A DNA stretch of 64,000 nt from an uncultured delta proteobacterium (GCA_963842085.1 CAWJET010000001.1:1440001-1504000); one strand, 5' to 3'; positions 35,563 through 45,832 are shown, counted from the first letter of the stretch. The notes: generated by a model from the letters alone, not told the origin. Numbers and translations: made by a program.

Positions 35563-36750
35563 ATGACGAACGACATCCTGAGCGGCGTGCGCGTGCTGGA
35601 CTTCACGACGATCGTGTCGGGGCCGCATTGCACGCGCCTGCTCGCGGATCTTGGCGCCGAGGTAATTAAAATTGAGCCGCCCGAGGGCGATTTCATCCGC
35701 ATGCAGCCGCCGATTCGTGCGGGCAAGAGCGCGTACTTCGCGCATCTGAATTGCGGCAAGAAGAGCCTGGCGATCGATCTGTGGCAGGCCGGGGCCATCG
35801 ATCTGGTTCAGCAACTCGCAACGAAGTCGGACGTGGTGGTCGAAAATTCGCGGCCGGGCGTGATGCAGCGGCTGGGGCTCGACTACGCGCCTCTCGCGCG
35901 GCTCAATCCGCGAATCGTGTACTGCTCGATTTCGGGGTTTGGGCAAAGCGGTCCGTGGGCGACCCGCAGCGCTTACGCGCCGATGCTGCACGCGGCCAGC
36001 GGCTACGACCTGGTCAACCTGTCTCATCAAGACGGGCTCGAGCGGCCGCTTAACACCGGCATCTACGTTGGCGACGTGCTGGGAGGGACGTACGCGTTCG
36101 GCGCGATTCAATCCGCGTTGCTCGCGCGCGAGCGCACGGGCCGCGGCGACTGCATCGATCTGTCGATGATGGACGGCGTGCTCAGCATGCTCATCTATGA
36201 GTTCCAGGAAGCGCAGTTTCCGCAGAAGAAAAGGGCCAACACGTTTCAGCCGACGCGCGCAAAGGACGGATTCGTGATGATCGCGGCGGTCAAGCCGAAT
36301 AACTTCGAGGCTTTGGCGCGCGCGGTCGGGCATACCGAATGGATGGAGGATCCGCGTTTCGCCACGGCTAAAGGCCGAGCGGCGAATTGGACGACGCTCA
36401 TGTCGATGCTGGATGAGTGGGCGTCGACGCGAACGGCAGCGGACTGTGAAGCGACGCTCAGCGAGGGCGGCGTTCCGTGCTCGCGGTATTTCGCTGTGCG
36501 CGAGGCCCTTCAGCATCAGCATCTCGAGCAGCGCGGAAGCTTCAGCGTGATCGATGACGGCGCCGGGCCGCTCAAGGTGCCGAATCCCGCGTTCAAGTTT
36601 GGCAATGCCACGGCCGCGGCGCGCGACTATGTGCCGGCACTGGGCGGCGACAATGCGGAAGTCCTTTCGACGGTGCTGGGGTATTCCGCGGATCGCGTAG
36701 CAGCGCTATACGAGAAACGGATCCTTCACGACGACAGCCGCCGCGCCTGA
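35563..36750 (+). CDS. CaiB/BaiF family III CoA-transferase
   Basis: GVRVLDF, LADLGAEVIKIE, VVENSRPG, SISGFGQ. Confidence 0.92.
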   Translation: MTNDILSGVRVLDFTTIVSGPHCTRLLADLGAEVIKIEPPEGDFIRMQPPIRAGKSAYFAHLNCGKKSLAIDLWQAGAIDLVQQLATKSDVVVENSRPGVMQRLGLDYAPLARLNPRIVYCSISGFGQSGPWATRSAYAPMLHAASGYDLVNLSHQDGLERPLNTGIYVGDVLGGTYAFGAIQSALLARERTGRGDCIDLSMMDGVLSMLIYEFQEAQFPQKKRANTFQPTRAKDGFVMIAAVKPNNFEALARAVGHTEWMEDPRFATAKGRAANWTTLMSMLDEWASTRTAADCEATLSEGGVPCSRYFAVREALQHQHLEQRGSFSVIDDGAGPLKVPNPAFKFGNATAAARDYVPALGGDNAEVLSTVLGYSADRVAALYEKRILHDDSRRA

Positions 36751-36769
36751 CGCGGGCCGGCGGGAGGAC

Positions 36770-37819
36770 ATGCAAATGGGTGAGATCCTGGCAGTTGGAA
36801 TAACTCACTATCCGCCTCTTGCCGGCAGCGACGAGACGATGTCGTGGATTTTGAAAAGGATGCTCCAAAATCCGCATCTGCCGGAGAAGTTTCGCGACGC
36901 GCAGGGCTGGCCGGAAGCAATGCGTGCGGAATGGGCCAACGACCAGGGCGTCGCCGCCGCGCGAATTCATCGCGAACGGCTGCTGCAATCGCTGCGCAAG
37001 GCGCGCGCGCAAATCGACGCGTTTCGCCCCGATTTCATCGTCGTGTGGGGCGACGACCAGTACGAAAATTTTCGCGAGGACGTAATTCCGCCATACTGCA
37101 TCTACGCGCACGAATCATTCGAGTTCGCGCCGCCCGCGCACAACGTGTGGCATGAGCCGCCCGACAAGAAATTCCGCTCGCCCGGTAACGTGGCGGCAGC
37201 CAAGTATCTGGCGGGTGGACTGATCGATGCCGGTTTTGACACCGCGTACTCGTACAAACCGCTGCATCATCCGCTCGGTCACGCGTTCGCCAACGCGGTG
37301 ATGTACCTCGATTACGATCGCAAGGGGTTTCCGTATCCGATCATTCCGTTCGCGATCAATTGTTATGGGCGGAAAGTGATCGCGCAGCGCGGCGGCCTGC
37401 CTGCGTTCGAAAATCCGCCGTCGGAAGCGCAGCTCGATCCGCCAGCGCCGACGCCGCGACGACTGTTCGATCTCGGCGGCGCAACCGCGCGCATCTTTGC
37501 GCAGAGTCCGTGGCGGGTCGCCCTGATGGCGTCGTCGGGATGGTCGCACGCGTTTCTCACGGCAAAGAATCATTTCCTGTATCCGGACACGGCCGCGGAT
37601 CGGACTCTGTTCGAAGCGTTGCGCGCCGGCAACTACGACGCGTGGCGGAATTATCCGGCGGCGTCGGTCGAAGCGAGCGGCCAGCAGGAAATCCTCAACT
37701 GGATGTGTCTCGCGGGCGTGCTCGCCGAACTCAAACGCAAGCCGGCGGAAACCGAATTCATCGATACCTGGATTTTTAATTCGTCGAAGTGTTTCCTGAC
37801 GGCGCCGCCGCCCCGCTGA
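36770..37819 (+). CDS. LigB/MhpB-type (class III) extradiol ring-cleavage dioxygenase
   Basis: THYP, GDDQYENF, LGHAF, SSGWSH, QEILNW motifs. Confidence 0.8.
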   Translation: MQMGEILAVGITHYPPLAGSDETMSWILKRMLQNPHLPEKFRDAQGWPEAMRAEWANDQGVAAARIHRERLLQSLRKARAQIDAFRPDFIVVWGDDQYENFREDVIPPYCIYAHESFEFAPPAHNVWHEPPDKKFRSPGNVAAAKYLAGGLIDAGFDTAYSYKPLHHPLGHAFANAVMYLDYDRKGFPYPIIPFAINCYGRKVIAQRGGLPAFENPPSEAQLDPPAPTPRRLFDLGGATARIFAQSPWRVALMASSGWSHAFLTAKNHFLYPDTAADRTLFEALRAGNYDAWRNYPAASVEASGQQEILNWMCLAGVLAELKRKPAETEFIDTWIFNSSKCFLTAPPPR

Positions 37820-37824
37820 ATCAG

Positions 37825-38643
37825 ATGAAGCTGAGTGGAAAAGTGGCGCTGGTCACCGGGACCAGCCCGAATATCGGCGGCGGCATCGCGGAGGGTCTCG
37901 CGGCCGAGGGTGCCGCACTCGTATGCGTCGACGCACGAGCCGAAAACGCCGCAGACTGCGCGCGCTACATCAAGAGCACGGGCGGCCGCGCCACGGCGGT
38001 GACTTGCGACGTCACCGACGAGCGCCAGGTGATCGCGGCGGTCGCGGCGGCGCGCGAGACGTTCGGTGGCGTCGACATCCTGGTGAACAACGCTGCCATC
38101 TTCAACAAGAAGGGCGTGATCGACATGCCGCTCGACGAATGGCGCCGACAGCTCGAGATCATTCTTGGCGGCGCGTTCCTGTTCACCAAGCATGTTGCGA
38201 GGTCAATGATCGAACAGCGCCGAAAAGGGAGCATCATAAATATCATCTCGACCGCGGGACATCAGGGCGAGCCGAACAACATCGCGTACTGCACCGGCAA
38301 GAGCGGTCTGCTGAACTTCACGCGCTCGGCCGCGATGGAACTGGCCGCGCACGGCATCCGGGTCAACAGCCTGACGCCGACAGCGACCGATCCGTCAGAG
38401 TCGCTCGAGCGCGCCGCGCGATGGGGCCGCCAGGTCCGCAGTGGAGATCAACTCAGGCAGGCGTTCGAGCCGTTTCGCAAAGGCGTGCCGATGCTCGAGC
38501 TGCCGAGTCCGAGCGACTACGGACGGGCTGCGGTATTTCTTGCGTCGGACGACGCCGGGATGATCACTGGGACTGATCTTCGCGTCGACGCCGGCGCGAT
38601 CGCGCGTTATTGGGCGTGGAATCCGTCGGACAAGCAGAGCTGA
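37825..38643 (+). CDS. Short-chain dehydrogenase/reductase (candidate cis-diol dehydrogenase)
   Basis: VTG..NIG, LVNNA, YCTGK (YxxxK); start at ATG 37825. Confidence 0.88.
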   Translation: MKLSGKVALVTGTSPNIGGGIAEGLAAEGAALVCVDARAENAADCARYIKSTGGRATAVTCDVTDERQVIAAVAAARETFGGVDILVNNAAIFNKKGVIDMPLDEWRRQLEIILGGAFLFTKHVARSMIEQRRKGSIINIISTAGHQGEPNNIAYCTGKSGLLNFTRSAAMELAAHGIRVNSLTPTATDPSESLERAARWGRQVRSGDQLRQAFEPFRKGVPMLELPSPSDYGRAAVFLASDDAGMITGTDLRVDAGAIARYWAWNPSDKQS

Positions 38644-38673
38644 CCGATCGCGACAAGGTACAGGAGCACCATC

Positions 38674-39966
38674 ATGGATAAATCAGCCGAGAGCTTCATC
38701 ATAGATGATCAGGACGCGGGACTGTTTCGGGTAAATCGGCGGGCGTTCACCGATCCCGAATGTCTCGCGGAGGAGCGGCGCCGGGTCTTCGACAAGTGCT
38801 GGATCTACGTCGGTCACGAATCCGAGGTTTCGCACGCGGGCGACTATCGCTCGCGCAACGTCGCGGGCCGGCCAATGATCCTGGTCCGCGGCGACGACAG
38901 CGTCGTGCGCGTGCTCCTGAATACGTGTACCCATCGCGGCTCGCTGGTATGCCGCCAGAAATCCGGCAACACCAGAACCTTCCAGTGCCCTTACCACGCA
39001 TGGACCTATAACTCGCGTGGCCAGCTGGTCGGGGTGCCGGGCGAGGACTCCTATAGTGAAGCGTTCAAGCGCGACGACCTGGGTCTGGTCGCCCCGCCTC
39101 AGGTGGATAGCTATCGCGGGTTCATTTTCATCTGTTTCGATCCCGCGGCGGATAGCCTCTATGACTACCTGGCGGGCTCGCGCGAGTACCTGGATCTCGT
39201 CGCTGATCAGTCTGAGCTGGGAATGAAGATCGTCGCGGGGCAGCAGTCCTATAGTGCGCGCGCCAACTGGAAGCTGCTGGTCGAGAACAGCTACGACGGC
39301 TATCACGGCCTGCCGACGCATCAGCGCTATTTCAGCTTTCTAAGTGACATAGGTGTCGACATGAAAGGCCGCGATGTCGCGTCTCCGTCCTATCAGAAGG
39401 CGCTCGATCTCGGTAACGGTCATGCAGTGGTGGAGTACCAGAGCGCGTGGGGACGTCCGATCGCGCACTGGGTCGCGCCCTTCGGCGAGCATCGCAAGGC
39501 GCACTTCGAGGAAGTGCGGCGCCGCTTCGACGAGCGCTTCGGTCCGGAGCGGGCGCGGCGCATCTGCGAGACCAGCCGCAACCTCGGGATTTTTCCGAAT
39601 CTCGTGATCAACGACATCATGGCGATCACGGTCCGCACCTTTCACCCGGTATCGCCCGACTACATGGAGGTGAATGCGTGGGCCTTGGCGCCGGCGGACG
39701 AAAGCGCGGAGGACTCTGCGCTGCGCCTCGACAACTTTCTGACGTTTCTCGGGCCGGGAGGATTCGCCACGCCGGACGACATCGAGATGCTGGAGTCGTG
39801 TCAGCGCGGCTTTGCCAATCGCGAGGTCGGCTGGTCCGACATATCGCGCGGGATGAAACGTGAGCATCCGTCGATCACCGATGAACTGCAGATGCGCACG
39901 TTCTGGCGTCGATGGAATCAGCTGATGACGGAACCTCAGCTGAAGCGCGCCAGGAAAGCAGCATGA
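38674..39966 (+). CDS. Rieske aromatic ring-hydroxylating dioxygenase alpha subunit (p-cumate/benzoate dioxygenase-like)
   Basis: CTH...CPYH Rieske motif; ENSYDGYH..TH and PDD mononuclear Fe site. Confidence 0.92.
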   Translation: MDKSAESFIIDDQDAGLFRVNRRAFTDPECLAEERRRVFDKCWIYVGHESEVSHAGDYRSRNVAGRPMILVRGDDSVVRVLLNTCTHRGSLVCRQKSGNTRTFQCPYHAWTYNSRGQLVGVPGEDSYSEAFKRDDLGLVAPPQVDSYRGFIFICFDPAADSLYDYLAGSREYLDLVADQSELGMKIVAGQQSYSARANWKLLVENSYDGYHGLPTHQRYFSFLSDIGVDMKGRDVASPSYQKALDLGNGHAVVEYQSAWGRPIAHWVAPFGEHRKAHFEEVRRRFDERFGPERARRICETSRNLGIFPNLVINDIMAITVRTFHPVSPDYMEVNAWALAPADESAEDSALRLDNFLTFLGPGGFATPDDIEMLESCQRGFANREVGWSDISRGMKREHPSITDELQMRTFWRRWNQLMTEPQLKRARKAA

Positions 39967-40454
39967 GTAGCGCGGAACTGCCCAGCCGCCAGGAAGTCGA
40001 GGACCTTCTATACAAGGAGGCCGCGCTGCTCGATGAATGGCGGCTCGACGAGTGGCTAGGTCTTCTCACTGAAGACGCGACCTACGAGGTTCCGCCGACT
40101 GACGTTCCTGAAGGAGACTCGCGAAATACGCTGTTCATTATTGCGGATGATGTGCTGCGCATCAGATCGCGCGTGAAGCAGTTGCTCGGCAAGGCGGCGT
40201 GGTCGGAAAATCCAAGGTCGCGCACCCGGCGGATGATAGCCAACGTGCGCGTCGTGGGAGCCGACGGCGATAACATTCTCGTCACCGCTAACTTTGCCGT
40301 GTATCGGATGCGTTATGAGTCGGTTGATACCTACATAGGACATTACGACTACAAGCTGGTTCGCCTGGCGAAGGATCTCAGAATCCGCGAGCGAAGAGCT
40401 ATCCTCGATAACGAGGCGCTGCGCCCGCACGGCAAAATCAGCTTCATCCTGTAG
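39963..40454 (+). CDS. Ring-hydroxylating dioxygenase beta subunit
   Basis: LYKEAALLDEW, ENPRSRTRR; ATGA overlap with alpha. Confidence 0.92.
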   Translation: MSSAELPSRQEVEDLLYKEAALLDEWRLDEWLGLLTEDATYEVPPTDVPEGDSRNTLFIIADDVLRIRSRVKQLLGKAAWSENPRSRTRRMIANVRVVGADGDNILVTANFAVYRMRYESVDTYIGHYDYKLVRLAKDLRIRERRAILDNEALRPHGKISFIL

Positions 40455-40487
40455 CGCAGCCGGCTTAAGATCACGTCGGAGAACGCG

Positions 40488-41471
40488 ATGGACGTCATCG
40501 ACATGCACAACCACTTCATCGCGCCCGAGATCGTCGATTTTCTGGCGCGCGAAGGCAAGCACTTCGCGACGAGGATCGTCGAGCGCGACGGGCGCCGATT
40601 TTTCCTGATCCAGGAAAAGGCGATGCGGCCGATCGACGGGCCGATTACCGACACGCGCAAACGCCTCGCGGACATGGACCGCGAAGGGATCACGGCGCAG
40701 GCCTTGTCGTGCGTTCCTTTTCTGATGTACCCGGAGGTCGATGCCGCTGTCGGACTTGCAATTGCGCAAGTCAACAACGACGCGATGGCCGCTCTGGGAG
40801 CGGCCGATCCCGCTCACTTCGCGCCGTTGGCTTCCGTCCCGATGCAGGATCCCGCTGCTGCCGCAAGGGAACTGGAACGCGCCGCGAAGCTTGGGCTTCG
40901 TGGAGCCGAGATTCCGCCGAAAGTCGCTGACCGCCAGCTCGACGAGCCGGATTTCGAAGTTTTCTGGGCGGCGGCTGAGGCGCTGCGGATGGTGATTTGC
41001 ATCCATCCGTTTGAAGCCGCGCCGGCCGGAGCGCTTGCCAGATATTTTCTCGGCAACCTGGTCGGCAATCTTTACGACACCGGCCTGGCCGCCGCGCTAT
41101 TGATTTACGGTGGCGTGCTCGAACGCCATCCGCATCTGCGAGTCGTTCTCTATCACGCCGGCGGCGCGCTGCCTGCGTTGGTGGGACGCCTCGACATGGG
41201 CTACCGGCTCGTGCCCGAGTGCCGCGGCGCAATTCCGCGGCCACCGTCGAGCTACGCAAATCAATTCTACTTCGATATAATCGCGCACAGTCGCGTCATG
41301 CTGCGCCATCTCGTGAATACCTACGGTGCGGATAGATTCGTGCTCGGAAGTGACTATCCGTTGCCGGCCGGCCTGGTCCATCCGGTGGACGAAGTCAAAG
41401 CGCTCAGCCTCGGCCTCGACGACGAGAGCAAAATACTTGGGGCAACCGCGCGCCGCCTGCTGCGGCTATGA
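40488..41471 (+). CDS. Amidohydrolase_2 family (ACMSD-like decarboxylase/hydrolase)
   Basis: DMHNH, IHP, HAGG, LGSDYP. Confidence 0.88.
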   Translation: MDVIDMHNHFIAPEIVDFLAREGKHFATRIVERDGRRFFLIQEKAMRPIDGPITDTRKRLADMDREGITAQALSCVPFLMYPEVDAAVGLAIAQVNNDAMAALGAADPAHFAPLASVPMQDPAAAARELERAAKLGLRGAEIPPKVADRQLDEPDFEVFWAAAEALRMVICIHPFEAAPAGALARYFLGNLVGNLYDTGLAAALLIYGGVLERHPHLRVVLYHAGGALPALVGRLDMGYRLVPECRGAIPRPPSSYANQFYFDIIAHSRVMLRHLVNTYGADRFVLGSDYPLPAGLVHPVDEVKALSLGLDDESKILGATARRLLRL

Positions 41472-41523
41472 CGATTATGCCGCCAGGACTTGGCTAGCAC
41501 ACAGATTTGGAGGTGACTGACTA

Positions 41524-42780
41524 ATGGCAAACAAGCCGCGAATGCTGGAAGGCTATCGGGTCCTGGATTTCACGCAATTCGTCGCGGGACCGACCTGCAC
41601 GCGGCTGCTCGCCGAGATGGGCGCCGAAGTGATCAAGCTCGAACTCGCTCCCTTTGGCGATCGCGTCCGCGCAGACGGGCTCAAGTCGCTCGCGCCCGAA
41701 TTCAAGAACGCGAGCCATAGCACCTACTACCTGCAGCACAACCACTCAAAACTGAGTTTTGCGATCGATCTCAAAAAACCGGCCGCGCGAGAGATCGTGA
41801 TGTCGATGCTTCCGCAGGTCGATGTCGTGGTCGAGAACTTCGCGCCGCGCGTGATCGACCGGCTAGGATTCGCTTACAAGGACATCAAGGCAGTCAATCC
41901 GAAAATCATCATGTGTTCGATTTCGATGGCGGGACAGACCGGACCGCTCTCGGTCAAGGCCGGCTACGACTTTATCGGTCAGGCCTACGCTGGCATCACT
42001 GACGGTATCGGGCAGGTCGATGGTCCACCCGCATTGACTACGATGGCAATCGGTGACGTTTCCACCGGCGTCGCCGCCGCAATGGCTATCGGTTTCGCGC
42101 TGTTGCATCGCGAGCGTACGGGGGAAGGGCAGTATCTGGACGCGTCGTTGCTGGATACTTACTTCCACATGCACGAGAAGACCGTTCCTGTGGTATCGCT
42201 GCGCGGCGACAAATTTCGTCCGACGCGAAGTGGTTCGTTGCATCCCGACGGTGGTACCACCGGCATTTTTCATTTCCGCGGTGACCAATACATTCAGATT
42301 ACTTCGACACCCCATCAATGGCCGCAGTTTGTACGCGCTTTAGGGATGCCTGAGCTGGCGACGGACCCGCGTTTCAAAGATGCGCGCGGGCGCCGCGACA
42401 ACAAGGAACAGCTGAGAGACGTGATCGAGGACTGGCTCCAGAAATTCCCTACTCGCGACGAGGCCATCGCCGCGCTCGACGCCGAACGCGTGCCGTGCGC
42501 TCCCGTGCTGACTGTGAACGAGGCTATAAGGCATCCCCATCTCAATGAGCGCAAGACAGTGCGCTGGGTCCAGGATCCTTTGTTGGGTAAGGTCGCGATT
42601 CCGGGTGTGCCGGTAAAGTTTTCGGCCTGGCCGGATAGGACAGATGTGCGTTCCGCGCGCCTTGGCGAAGACAACGAGCGAGTTCTTCGCGAACTGCTCA
42701 AGATGCCGGCGAATCAGATTCATAAGCTCTATACAGAAGGAATCCTGGTCCGCGATCCGACACTTGAAAGCAAACCGTAG
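41524..42780 (+). CDS. CaiB/BaiF family III CoA-transferase
   Basis: GYRVLDF, LAEMGAEVIKLE, VVENFAP, IGD. Confidence 0.9.
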   Translation: MANKPRMLEGYRVLDFTQFVAGPTCTRLLAEMGAEVIKLELAPFGDRVRADGLKSLAPEFKNASHSTYYLQHNHSKLSFAIDLKKPAAREIVMSMLPQVDVVVENFAPRVIDRLGFAYKDIKAVNPKIIMCSISMAGQTGPLSVKAGYDFIGQAYAGITDGIGQVDGPPALTTMAIGDVSTGVAAAMAIGFALLHRERTGEGQYLDASLLDTYFHMHEKTVPVVSLRGDKFRPTRSGSLHPDGGTTGIFHFRGDQYIQITSTPHQWPQFVRALGMPELATDPRFKDARGRRDNKEQLRDVIEDWLQKFPTRDEAIAALDAERVPCAPVLTVNEAIRHPHLNERKTVRWVQDPLLGKVAIPGVPVKFSAWPDRTDVRSARLGEDNERVLRELLKMPANQIHKLYTEGILVRDPTLESKP

Positions 42781-43140
42781 TACCTCATGCAAGGTCGGCC
42801 TGCACGTCACGGTGACTTGCAAACTCCGTCATTGTCTCCGCGACCTCTGTAATCGAGAATCCCGGTCTGGAAAATCGGTGCTATCACCTTATTCTTCAGC
42901 TAGAGGTGATATGGCAGTCGCGGAGCACTGGCATGGCTTGTGAGAAATACGTCTAGGCCTGTTCGACGCGGTCTCGGTCTGTCATAACTCTGTCGGACAT
43001 AGGTCTCATAGATCGTGACCAGCGCACTGACGACACACGCCACGAATGTGCTTCTGAATAAGACGCTCCGTCGATCGAAAACAGAGTCCAACACCTGGCG
43101 ACCTCATCAGGGCGCTAGTGTGCACGACTATCAGTCGATG

Positions 43141-44001
43141 TCACCCCGTTGGCGCCGTTGAGCTGACGAACCACAAGTCGCGAAATCCCACTTTGCCGCT
43201 CGTGACTCCGCCTAGCCCGGCTTCGTTCAGTTCCGGAATAACCTGGCGAATGTCGAAGTGCGCATGGTTTCGATGGCGCGCGATACGGCTGTGCCGTTCG
43301 CCCTCGGACCCTCCGAAATCGACTGCAAACAAGCGGCCGCCCGGCTTCAGGATTCGTCGAATCTCGCGGATACCTTGATGCCGCGCCTCGTCCGGCAAGT
43401 GGTGCAACATCGCCGAACTCAGGACGACATCGAAGGTCGCGTCAGGAAACGGTAACGCCTCGACTTCCGCGGTATCGAAGACCAGCTCGAGGCCCGTCTT
43501 GCTCGCTTTTTTTCGAGCCCTCGCAATCATCTCGGGCGACGCGTCGATCCCGTACACTTTTCCCGACTGACCGACGTGCTGCTTCGCCGCGATTGCGAGA
43601 GTTCCGGTGCCGCAGCCTACGTCCAAAACCGACTCACCCGATTTGATGTCGGCGAGGTCGATCTGCTTCTGCCGAAACGCTCGCTCTCGACCCAACGAGA
43701 TCACCCACAGCAAAAGGTCGTAGCGCCAGGCCCAATGGATGACGATTCCAGTCGTGCGCGGCGCCGCGGTCTGGTCCTCCGCCGGATGCCCGTGGAGCCA
43801 GCGGAGACCGTACCCAGCCAACGCCGCTCCGCCGAGTCCGACCGCAACCCAGTGCAATGTAATATGAAGCGCCAGGATTACCGCCGCCGTTCCTGCCCCA
43901 AACCACAGCCACTTTCTGCCGAGCACTAACGCCGAAACGGCAGCCATTGAGAGTACGAAGGCTATAAGCGCGCCAACCAGCGGCAGATGACGACGTCGCA
44001 T
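43141..44001 (-). CDS. SAM-dependent methyltransferase with N-terminal membrane segment
   Basis: 2-3 N-terminal TM helices; VLDVGCGTG, GIDAS, FDVVLSS, RILKPGG. Confidence 0.85.
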   Translation of the reverse strand: MRRRHLPLVGALIAFVLSMAAVSALVLGRKWLWFGAGTAAVILALHITLHWVAVGLGGAALAGYGLRWLHGHPAEDQTAAPRTTGIVIHWAWRYDLLLWVISLGRERAFRQKQIDLADIKSGESVLDVGCGTGTLAIAAKQHVGQSGKVYGIDASPEMIARARKKASKTGLELVFDTAEVEALPFPDATFDVVLSSAMLHHLPDEARHQGIREIRRILKPGGRLFAVDFGGSEGERHSRIARHRNHAHFDIRQVIPELNEAGLGGVTSGKVGFRDLWFVSSTAPTG

Positions 44002-45050
44002 CACGCGGTCCTCCTTTTCTCCTGTGTGACAATCGGCGCTTCCTGATTCTCCACAAGCCCGACGTGTACCGCGGCAAGCGCGGGCAAATGCTTCATAACT
44101 TCGAGCTTAAAGCGATCGGCGAGCTCGATACCCTCGCGGACGGAGAGGGTGGCGTCAATCGCAATGTCCGCCTCGGCGTGCAGACGATGTCCCAGCCAGC
44201 GCGCGCGCGTACCTATCACCTCGCGGACTCCAGCTACATGCTCAGCGGCGCGATGCATTTCGACGACCACCTGGGGCTCGACGCCGTCCAGCAGCCGTGT
44301 AAAAACGGCGCGCCCAGACTGCCACACGATTACAAGAATTGTTGCCGCGATAAGCAGGCCGACGATAGGATCGGTCAGCGGAAAGCCGAGCCACACGCCC
44401 GCCGCCCCTAGTATCACCGCGAGGCTGCTAAGGCCATCCGCGCGCGCGTGATACCCGTCTGCTACCAAGGCCGCACTACTCATCTCGCGGCCTACTCGGA
44501 TGCGCAATACGGCGGCAATCTCGTTCCCAATGAAGCCGATGACTCCCGCAATCGCGAGCGCCCAAAGATGATTGACCGGACGCGGATGAAGGAGGCGACC
44601 GACTGCCTGCCACACGGCGACAACCATGCTCGCGAAGATGATCATCACGATGAGTGCGCCCGCCAAGTCCTCGACTCTGCCGTAACCGTAGGTGAAGCGG
44701 GAGCTCGCTTTGCGGCGCGCGAACAGAAAAGCGACCCACAGCGGTACTGCCGTCGTCGCATCGCCTATGTTGTGGATAGCGTCCGCCAGCAGCGCGACAC
44801 TGCCCGACGCGGCAACTACCGCGAACTGCAACGCGGCCGCAACACCGAGCGCTACGAAGGACCACTTGATCGCCCAGATACCTCGTGCCGTCGTCGCGAG
44901 AGTCGGGTCGAGTGCACCATGCACATGCGGGTGACGATCGCCGCCGCAATTGACATGGACCGGGTGTGCATCGGGTCCTTCGACATCGCCGTGAGGATGG
45001 CTGTGTTCGTTCCGCGCGAAGCCAGACCGGTCGAGAAGATCGCGTCTCAC
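44001..45050 (-). CDS. Cation diffusion facilitator (DmeF-like Co/Ni/Zn exporter)
   Basis: His-rich N-terminus, ALLADAIHNIGD, YGYGRVE, ADGYHARAD. Confidence 0.9.
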   Translation of the reverse strand: MRRDLLDRSGFARNEHSHPHGDVEGPDAHPVHVNCGGDRHPHVHGALDPTLATTARGIWAIKWSFVALGVAAALQFAVVAASGSVALLADAIHNIGDATTAVPLWVAFLFARRKASSRFTYGYGRVEDLAGALIVMIIFASMVVAVWQAVGRLLHPRPVNHLWALAIAGVIGFIGNEIAAVLRIRVGREMSSAALVADGYHARADGLSSLAVILGAAGVWLGFPLTDPIVGLLIAATILVIVWQSGRAVFTRLLDGVEPQVVVEMHRAAEHVAGVREVIGTRARWLGHRLHAEADIAIDATLSVREGIELADRFKLEVMKHLPALAAVHVGLVENQEAPIVTQEKRRTA

Positions 45051-45074
45051 TGCACTACCCTGCCCGGCATCTCC

Positions 45075-45413
45075 TTAGAGATAGCGAGTGATCTCTTTGA
45101 ACTGGTCGATGATTTCCTTCTCGCGGCCGGCCATGGGACCCACTGCGGCCTCCAGGCAATGGTCGATATGGTCGTGAATCAGCACGCTCTTGGCGCACTC
45201 GAGGGCCCGGATGACGGCATGCATTTGCTGCGCGATTTGGGCGCAGTCGCGGCCGCCTTCGATCATCACGATAACGTTGCGCAGGTGTCCCTCTGCACGC
45301 CGCAACCGCGCCACCACGTCCTTGTGCGAGCGATGAAGCCGCGGCTCGCCCCGTGACGGCTCAACGGGGATACGCGTCGGAGAGTGTGCTTTCGGTTTGT
45401 CTTGGTTTATCAT
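45075..45413 (-). CDS. RcnR/CsoR family metal-sensing repressor
   Basis: RLRRAEGHL, RDC, HDHIDHC motifs; start at ATG 45413 after AAAGGA. Confidence 0.9.
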   Translation of the reverse strand: MINQDKPKAHSPTRIPVEPSRGEPRLHRSHKDVVARLRRAEGHLRNVIVMIEGGRDCAQIAQQMHAVIRALECAKSVLIHDHIDHCLEAAVGPMAGREKEIIDQFKEITRYL

Positions 45414-45416
45414 GGA

Positions 45417-45463
45417 ATCCTTTCCCTGGGGATAGGTATATCCTTCCCAGGGGGATAGGTCAA
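45417..45463 (-). promoter_or_regulatory. Tandem RcnR/CsoR-type operators overlapping the promoter
   Basis: Two ATCC-N9(C/G tract)-GGAT sites at 45417-45433 and 45440-45456; TTGACC-N17-TATACC on the minus strand. Confidence 0.7.
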
Positions 45464-45591
45464 CACCGTTTTTGGTCTTCAAGCCCTGCTGAGCGCAGCA
45501 AGCCAGAGATTTGACTCGCTTGTCCGTAGGTTCGAGGTGATCAAGCTCGCCTTTCGTGCGATTCGCCGCGGGGAGAGAGCGTACTTGATTC

Positions 45592-45640
45592 TATTGGTGG
45601 AGCTGAGCGGGATCGAACCGCCGACCTCCTGAATGCCATT
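45592..45640 (-). repeat. att direct repeat: duplicated 3' half of tRNA-Ala
   Basis: 49 bp identical to 57576-57624; extends to 60 bp with 2 mismatches. Confidence 0.95.
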
Positions 45641-45784
45641 TGTGCCGTCTCGAGAAACGAGCGATACAATTCCGTACCATCCGATGGCGCACGAAATCAA
45701 CAAAACCCTTGCGGCACAAGGACTCCCGACACTCGCCTCGACGCCACCGAACGCTAACAAGTGATCAGTACTGATCTCCGATCA

Positions 45785-45819
45785 GGGCACAAATCTGGGC
45801 ACAGTAGGGCACAAATTTG
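45785..45819. repeat. GGGCACA direct-repeat array (candidate integrase arm-type sites), continued at 47848-47854 beyond the IS
   Basis: GGGCACAAATCTGGGCACAGTAGGGCACAAATTTG; removing the IS restores a second GGGCACAAATTTGGGCACA. Confidence 0.6.
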
Positions 45820-45832
45820 GGGATTGATATAC

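Noticed and set aside
42900-43094. 64-aa small membrane ORF and nearby TATCACCT/AGGTGATA inverted repeat
   Set aside because: TTG start, no recognisable family, and no independent support.
45595-45640. Second tRNA gene
   Set aside because: Only the 3' half is present; the D arm and 5' acceptor strand are missing, so it is an att repeat.
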